Assembly: GCF_008065095.1 (NCBI RefSeq)
Contig: NZ_CP042911.1
Coordinates: 2,760,001 to 2,792,000 of the forward strand
Length of the DNA: 32,000 nucleotides
From: Gemmata obscuriglobus
GTDB taxonomy: Bacteria; Planctomycetota; Planctomycetia; Gemmatales; Gemmataceae
Reading direction: 5' to 3'
The translations under genes and the position numbers were made by a program. The notes below the pieces were generated by a model. It had not been told where the DNA came from. It made no database searches and worked only from the letters and a program-made list of their open reading frames with translations. Of this stretch, positions 27,448 to 32,000 are shown in pieces (the first letter of the stretch is position 1; each line of letters opens with the position of its first letter).

Positions 27448-28473
27448 GTGACCCCGTCCCAGCGGACCGGGCGCCATGGCGCCTTCACCCTGATCGAGTT
27501 GTTAGTCGTGATCGCGATCATCGCGATCCTGATCGGGCTCCTGCTGCCGGCGGTGCAGAAGGTGCGCGAGGCCGCGGCACGCATGAAGTGCCAGAACAAC
27601 CTCAAGCAGATCGGCCTGGGGCTCCATAACTACCACGACGCGAACCAGAAGTTCCCGGCGGCCCGGGCGATCTTCCCGACGAGCCTGGACCCCAATTTCG
27701 GGGGCCTGCTCGTGCCCGCGTTCGTGCCGTTCCAGCAGAGCGACCAACCGCCCGTCGGCGCGGAACACGTCGGCGGGTGGATGGTGCGCGTGCTGCCCTA
27801 CATCGAGCAAGACGCGGTGCTGCGGCAGGTGGTCGGCAAGTCCACCGCGGCGGACATCAGCGCGGGGTACGCCACCATGGCGGCGGCTAAGGTAGCCATG
27901 TACGTCTGCCCGTCCGCCGTCGAGCCGACCGGCGGGGTGGCGCCGCCGGCACCCGTCGGCCTGGTGAGCTACGTCGGGGTGACGGGCAGCAACGAGAACT
28001 CGGATCCGGCCACCGGGAGCATCGGGATGAACGCGACGAACGGCATGTTCCCGGTGAAGTTCTCCTCCATGGCCCCGGGCCTGAGCCTCCGCCCGAACAC
28101 CCGCCTCACGGACGTGACCGACGGGCTGAGCAACACGGTTGCCGTCGGCGAGCGGCACGCGACCCAGCGCGGGACCACGTGGGCCGCGGCGGACTACCAC
28201 ACGCTGCTCGCGTTCCCCAACCAGAACGTGGTCGGCGGGTTCGGGCCGAACGGGGCGTATACCCCGGCCGCGTGCCCCGGGTCGCTGCCCGGCCGGTACG
28301 CGCCGTTCAGCCCGAGCGACCTATGCAGCCAGGACCGGTTTAACAGCCCGCACCCGGGCGGGGGTAACTGGCTGCTGGGCGACGGCAGTGTGCGGTCGTT
28401 CGCGTTCACCGCCGGGACGACCACGCTGCCGTTAATGGTCACCATCAACGGCGGCGAAGTGGTGACGGAGTAA
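27448..28473 (+). CDS. prepilin-type N-terminal cleavage/methylation domain protein, DUF1559 / H-X9-DG family
   Basis: GTG 27448 gives [55 protein letters not shown]-terminal [15 protein letters not shown]. The track ORF starts at TTG 27415. Confidence 0.9.
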   Translation: MTPSQRTGRHGAFTLIELLVVIAIIAILIGLLLPAVQKVREAAARMKCQNNLKQIGLGLHNYHDANQKFPAARAIFPTSLDPNFGGLLVPAFVPFQQSDQPPVGAEHVGGWMVRVLPYIEQDAVLRQVVGKSTAADISAGYATMAAAKVAMYVCPSAVEPTGGVAPPAPVGLVSYVGVTGSNENSDPATGSIGMNATNGMFPVKFSSMAPGLSLRPNTRLTDVTDGLSNTVAVGERHATQRGTTWAAADYHTLLAFPNQNVVGGFGPNGAYTPAACPGSLPGRYAPFSPSDLCSQDRFNSPHPGGGNWLLGDGSVRSFAFTAGTTTLPLMVTINGGEVVTE

Positions 28474-28502
28474 CCCCCCCCCAGAACCCACGGAGATGAC
28501 GC

Positions 28503-28949
28503 ATGCGCGGCTTTCTCGTGTCGCTCGGCGCGGCGGTGGTAATGTCGGTCGCCGTGCCCGGGTGCGGCCCGGCCCGCACGGACGTGGCCGGCACGGTCTC
28601 TTACAAAGGCAAGCCGGTGGTGTACGGCACCGTCAGCGTGGTCGGCTCGGATCAGGTGACGTATTACGGGACGATTCAGGAGAGTGGCGCGTTCACCGTG
28701 TCCGGCGTGCCGGTCGGGCCGGTGAAACTGGGGGTGTTCAGCCCCGACCCGTACTTCGAGCCGCCGATCTCGGCGGCCGAGAAGGCGCGGCACGAGGAGG
28801 CGCGCCGCGCATCAGGGATTCCGATCCCGCCGAAGCCGCCGAAAGGTAAATGGTTCCGATTGCCCGGCAAGTACGCTGACCCGCTGGCGTCCGGGCTGAC
28901 CGCGGAACTCACCAAATCGGGGGCACCGGTTGATTTGCGGCTCGACTAA
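28503..28949 (+). CDS. lipoprotein with a carboxypeptidase-regulatory-like beta-sandwich (148 aa), partner of the upstream DUF1559 gene
   Basis: MRGFLVSLGAAVVMSVAVPGC/GP lipobox, then VAGTVSYKGKPVVYGTVSVVG....YGTIQESGAFTVSGVPVGPVKLGV. GGAG SD. It lies 29 nt after the DUF1559 stop. Confidence 0.8.
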   Translation: MRGFLVSLGAAVVMSVAVPGCGPARTDVAGTVSYKGKPVVYGTVSVVGSDQVTYYGTIQESGAFTVSGVPVGPVKLGVFSPDPYFEPPISAAEKARHEEARRASGIPIPPKPPKGKWFRLPGKYADPLASGLTAELTKSGAPVDLRLD

Positions 28950-28954
28950 TAGCG

Positions 28955-29090
28955 CGTTCGGCTCTTTCCTGCGGCGCGAGAGTTCAAGGCCCATTTGCGG
29001 TTCAAACCAGATACCCCACCAACTCTGAAGTGAAGCCCGGTCTTGCTCACCTATTTGGAGGGGGGGGCGAGCGAACGAAAGAGCCGAGCG
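28955..29090. other. long-range 14-bp helix enclosing about 108 nt in a convergent spacer (possible structured RNA)
   Basis: cgttcggctctttc (28955..28968) pairs with gaaagagccgagcg (29077..29090), with one G.U. It begins 6 nt after the lipoprotein stop codon. No coding-like ORF inside. Confidence 0.3.
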
Positions 29091-29114
29091 TGAGGTCAGA
29101 GGTGATTGCTAAAT

Positions 29115-29126
29115 ATTGAATTCAAT
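29115..29126. promoter_or_regulatory. perfect 12-nt AT-rich palindrome ATTGAATTCAAT in an AT-rich island
   Basis: The palindrome is read directly from the sequence. 29105..29140 has far lower GC than the rest of the window although both flanking genes end here rather than start. Confidence 0.2.
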
Positions 29127-29176
29127 TGATTTTATTGTCTTGACTGACTGGCGAGGCGCGATTCACGGCATTACTG

Positions 29177-29202
29177 CCGTGTGCCGGTAAGCTGGCACAC
29201 GG
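29177..29202. terminator. 9-bp stem hairpin between convergent genes, overlapping an alternative 7-bp hairpin (29164..29181)
   Basis: ccgtgtgcc (29177..29185) pairs with ggcacacgg (29194..29202). On the plus strand it is followed by cggatgttgttt. It lies 16 nt from the stop of 29218..30615(-). Confidence 0.4.
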
Positions 29203-29217
29203 CGGATGTTGTTTCAG

Positions 29218-30615
29218 TCAGGTCGGTTTGCTCTGCTCGCGGTGAGGAGTTTCCGGGATCGTCAAGAAGCCCCACCGCAGCGCTTGGTCCTGGGTGTAGT
29301 TCTTTCCCAGGGTGAGAGCGGTAATGGCTTTAGCGAACTCGTAGCCCAGATAGAACGCGTGAGGCACGTCCAACTTCGAGTCGGCAGCGGCTAACCGCTC
29401 GAACACTTCGAATGGGTCGGTGCCGCGCAGGTACACGCTGCCGTTCAACACGTGCAGTTCCCCGCGCTCGGCAAAGATCCGGTAGTTGCGGTCGGTCACC
29501 CGGCGGGCCAGTTCTTCGAGCACTTCCGCGCCCTGCTCGTACAGCTTGGGGTCGCGGAGCAGCACCAGATTCGATTCGAGCCGCTTCGGGAGGACTTTTT
29601 CGCGGACAGCGTGGAACACCAGCCGCCGGGCGAGGTCGAACTCCTTCACCGCCGACCGCGCCCAGTTGATCACTTCCGTGGCAAGCACGCTGCGGATGCC
29701 GAGTTCCTGGCAAAACCCGGCGAGTACCACGTTCAGCCCTGCGGAGTCGGAGTCGGTGAGTTCGGTCAGGTTGCCGACGCCCATCATCATCTCGGCGTCC
29801 GGAAACCGCCGCCGCGTTTCGATGTACCGCCCCAAAGACGCTGCGAACCCGAACCCGATCGGTTCCAGGATCGGGTCGAGCCGGTGCCGAATGCCGATTT
29901 CGCGGAGCGCCCCAACGGTCTGCGAGAGGCTGTCGAGGTCGTCCGGCGTGTCCGGAATCGCGACCACCTCGACATCGGGGAACTGGACGTGCCACCGCCG
30001 CGCGTGTTCGAGGTTGGTGCCGTTCACGCTCAGCACCAGTTCGGCGCCTTCGTTCAGGGCCGCGGTCACCTCGTCGGGGTTGAAGCTATCGATGGAAACG
30101 CGAAAGCCGTCGGCCCGGAGCGCTCGCACCGCGGCGCCGACCCCGTCCCAGGTCGGCCCGGGGTCGCACCCGAGGTCGATCAGGTCGGACCCGCTGGCGC
30201 GGTAGCGCCGCGCCTCGCGGAGTATCGTTTCGAGCGGTTTGCGCGGGGCGTGGTTGATCTCGGCGAGGATCTCGATGTCGTACCGGCCGTAATCGACGGG
30301 CCGCGCCTTTTTGCCGAAGAACTCCGGGAGGTCGCGCAAATCCGCCGGCCCGCGCTCGGCGGGCGCGCCGGCCGCGCGCGAGACCTCCTCCACTTCGCCG
30401 CGGCAGAACCCGGGCAAAATGACGCGCTGGATCTGTTCGGGCAACGGGGGAAGGTGTCGAGACACCCAGTTGGTGGTCATCAGGGCCGCGACGGTGATGG
30501 GCAGCACCGCGATGTGCGGCTCGAAGCCCCCCCGCGGCGCCAGTTCCGCCAAGGTGCGGCGGAGCGACGGCTCCGCGAGCTTCCCGGTGATGAACAGGAC
30601 GCGCGGCGGGCTCAT
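29218..30615 (-). CDS. dihydropteroate-synthase-like pterin-binding protein (DUF6513 N-domain, DHPS-like core, DUF4346-like C-domain); tetrahydromethanopterin-biosynthesis type
   Basis: Internal ATG at 30615 (MSPPRVLFITGKLAEPSL..). GSDLIDLGCDPGP...VRALRADGFRVSIDSFNPDEV.AALNEGAELVLSVNG is a pterin-binding barrel signature. Its start overlaps the upstream GT2 stop (ATGA). Confidence 0.75.
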   Translation of the reverse strand: MSPPRVLFITGKLAEPSLRRTLAELAPRGGFEPHIAVLPITVAALMTTNWVSRHLPPLPEQIQRVILPGFCRGEVEEVSRAAGAPAERGPADLRDLPEFFGKKARPVDYGRYDIEILAEINHAPRKPLETILREARRYRASGSDLIDLGCDPGPTWDGVGAAVRALRADGFRVSIDSFNPDEVTAALNEGAELVLSVNGTNLEHARRWHVQFPDVEVVAIPDTPDDLDSLSQTVGALREIGIRHRLDPILEPIGFGFAASLGRYIETRRRFPDAEMMMGVGNLTELTDSDSAGLNVVLAGFCQELGIRSVLATEVINWARSAVKEFDLARRLVFHAVREKVLPKRLESNLVLLRDPKLYEQGAEVLEELARRVTDRNYRIFAERGELHVLNGSVYLRGTDPFEVFERLAAADSKLDVPHAFYLGYEFAKAITALTLGKNYTQDQALRWGFLTIPETPHREQSKPT

Positions 30616-31493
30616 GGCGTGGGAACGGTCGAGCCGGCGTCCAGCGCCGGCTCCGGTTGTGCGGGCGGCTCCGGCGGGCTCGGTTGCGGCTCCGGCGGGA
30701 ACGCAAACGCCGGGTTCCGGAACACCTTCGCGCGGTCCGCGGACACCGGCCCCAGCGGCGGGTGCGGCTCGCTCTTCGGCGTGAGCGGCACCTCGTCCAT
30801 GATGCTCGTGAGGAACGTCGCCTTCGCGACCAGTTCGGCGTGGACGAAATCGCCGTCGGATTGAATCGGGAACCGCTTCAGGAACGTGGTGCGGTACAGT
30901 TTGAACGCGCTGTTGATGTCCGCGAGAGGCACCCCGAACACCCAACCTACTCGAGTGCGGTACCACCACTCGCCCCACCCGTACCACGGCGGGGCGTCGT
31001 TCATCGGCAGCCCGGCGAACACGCGCCAGAACAGCTTCCACGTCCAGCCGAGCCACTTCATAACGGCTGGTCGGGGTGAGCCGGCCCGGGCCCCGCTGAT
31101 GAGGTCGGGTTGCTTGCCGAAAATCTCGTCGCGCAGCTCGACCCGCTCCAACATGGGCCGGATGTCACTCGGCGTGTACTGCGCGTCGGTGCCGGTGTAC
31201 AGGAGCAGCGGCTGGGTGGTTTCGGCCAGCGCGGTACGAAGGCAGGCGCCGAAGCCGCGCCGCGTGTCGTGCGCGAGCGCCCGGAAGTGCTGCACCTTGC
31301 CTGCGAGCTTTTGGAGCACCGCCGCGGTTTCGTCCGTGCTGCCGTCGTTCACGACGAGGATCTGGAACGGCCGGTTGAGCGTCCCGAGCAGTTGGCCCCA
31401 CGCGGGCAGCGCCTTTTCGAGCTGCGCGGCCACGTTGTGAGCCGGGATCACGACGGTGACGCCGTCGCGCTGGGGTGCTGCGGTCTTGGCCAT
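30612..31493 (-). CDS. glycosyltransferase family 2, polyprenyl-phosphate glycosyltransferase (ArnC / Dpm1-like)
   Basis: Internal ATG at 31493 (MAKTAAPQRDGVTVVIPAHNVAAQLEK..ILVVNDGSTDET..). C-terminal TM-like WWY-rich segment and a Pro-rich tail. Confidence 0.8.
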   Translation of the reverse strand: MAKTAAPQRDGVTVVIPAHNVAAQLEKALPAWGQLLGTLNRPFQILVVNDGSTDETAAVLQKLAGKVQHFRALAHDTRRGFGACLRTALAETTQPLLLYTGTDAQYTPSDIRPMLERVELRDEIFGKQPDLISGARAGSPRPAVMKWLGWTWKLFWRVFAGLPMNDAPPWYGWGEWWYRTRVGWVFGVPLADINSAFKLYRTTFLKRFPIQSDGDFVHAELVAKATFLTSIMDEVPLTPKSEPHPPLGPVSADRAKVFRNPAFAFPPEPQPSPPEPPAQPEPALDAGSTVPTP

Positions 31494-31521
31494 AGGGGAA
31501 CGCGGGTCGGTGGTGCCGGCG

Positions 31522-32000
31522 TCACTCCGCGGTGCGGAGGCACACCAGCGGGCGGGGCGGTCGAGCCGAAGTGAGGTCCGCCAGGGATGCAACCACCACC
31601 AGCTTGCGGCCGGTGATGCGCTCGGCGTCCGGGACCCATTCCGGCGGCATCACGACCACGCGCGGGCCGGTCGCGAGCGCCTCCTTCAGTTCACCCCACT
31701 CCACCAGAGTATGTAGCGGCGCACCGAGATGGAAGGCAAGCAAATGCGACTCGGTCCGAAACAGCAACACCTCCTCGGGCTTCGGAGCCACCGACCGGAC
31801 GGCCGCCGCGAACGGCCGCTTCTCCTGTCGCGCCGCCTCGGCGGGTTCGACAACGAACCACATCACCGGCCACGCGCCCACGCCGGCCGCAGTCAAAAGC
31901 ACGAACGCGCCGCGTGCGAGCCGCGCCACCCGCCCACCGGTACGGGGCGCGAGCCACCGTTCGGCCGCACAGCCGACCACGAGCGCCGCCCCGGGGAACG
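31522..32000 (-). CDS. C-terminal part of a membrane glycosyltransferase (GT39 / ArnT-like, tentative); N-terminus lies beyond the window
   Basis: The frame stays open from 31980 to the window edge. TM segment FVLLTAAGVGAWPVMWFVV is followed by a soluble tail (VLLFRTESHLLAFHLGAPL). The product guess rests on the tail motif and the ArnC-like neighbour. Confidence 0.55.
   Translation of the reverse strand, partial: FPGAALVVGCAAERWLAPRTGGRVARLARGAFVLLTAAGVGAWPVMWFVVEPAEAARQEKRPFAAAVRSVAPKPEEVLLFRTESHLLAFHLGAPLHTLVEWGELKEALATGPRVVVMPPEWVPDAERITGRKLVVVASLADLTSARPPRPLVCLRTAE

Noticed and set aside
25179-27605. 808-aa ORF antisense to the ECF sigma fusion gene
   Set aside because: Same reasoning. 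Its N-terminus is merely the antisense of the DUF1559 leader region, and the sense frame has sigma-70 regions 2 and 4.
28474-28482. C9 homopolymer between the DUF1559 stop and the lipoprotein SD (and G8 at 29060..29067) as a phase-variation switch
   Set aside because: At about 67% GC a few runs of this length are expected by chance in 32 kb. The tract is non-coding, so slippage would not change a reading frame. Mentioned only in the spacer finding.
29177-29202. GTGTGCCGGTAAGCTGGCA resembles the 3' part of E. coli 4.5S (SRP) RNA
   Set aside because: The conserved domain IV sequence (GGAAGGAAGCAGC-type) is not present anywhere nearby. The hairpin is better explained as a terminator-like stem.
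29452-30864. 470-aa plus-strand ORF opposite the DHPS-like gene
   Set aside because: An antisense shadow ORF. The minus frame has the pterin-binding signature and an ATGA coupling to its neighbour.

Overview
This is a 32 kb, roughly 67% GC, densely coding chromosomal segment. The gene content points to Planctomycetota, probably a Gemmataceae-like genome: four prepilin-leader / H-X9-DG (DUF1559) genes, GC-rich REP-like palindromes and a DHPS-like gene of the tetrahydromethanopterin type. I call 31 protein-coding genes, one of them partial at the right edge. I see no rRNA, tRNA, CRISPR array, transposase or integrase. Recognisable content: DUF1990 and DUF6398 proteins; a glycan locus (fcl, GT2, SAM methyltransferase); a secreted FAD oxidoreductase; ribosomal proteins S4 and S18 outside their usual operons; a short ethanolamine ammonia-lyase locus with a permease gene between eutB and eutC; an AraC regulator divergent from a YahK-type alcohol dehydrogenase; and an ArnT-like / ArnC-like / DHPS-like trio. 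Candidate new biology: (1) a repeated module of a prepilin-like DUF1559 gene followed directly by a variable secreted or lipoprotein gene, present 4 times, twice extended into putative metal-handling operons (a CxxCH protein plus a tandem-YHS protein; DUF4198 plus a small TM protein plus a TPR protein); (2) a single-polypeptide, membrane-tethered ECF sigma factor whose extracytoplasmic part ends in a BSP-peptidase domain with the HExxH motif destroyed; (3) several long, repeat-rich non-coding spacers, namely a 286-bp element with 33-bp terminal inverted repeats, two REP-like palindrome families, and a TCGCTACCC motif array whose copies bracket the eut cassette. All product calls come from reading the translated ORFs against remembered family signatures. 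No database search was run.
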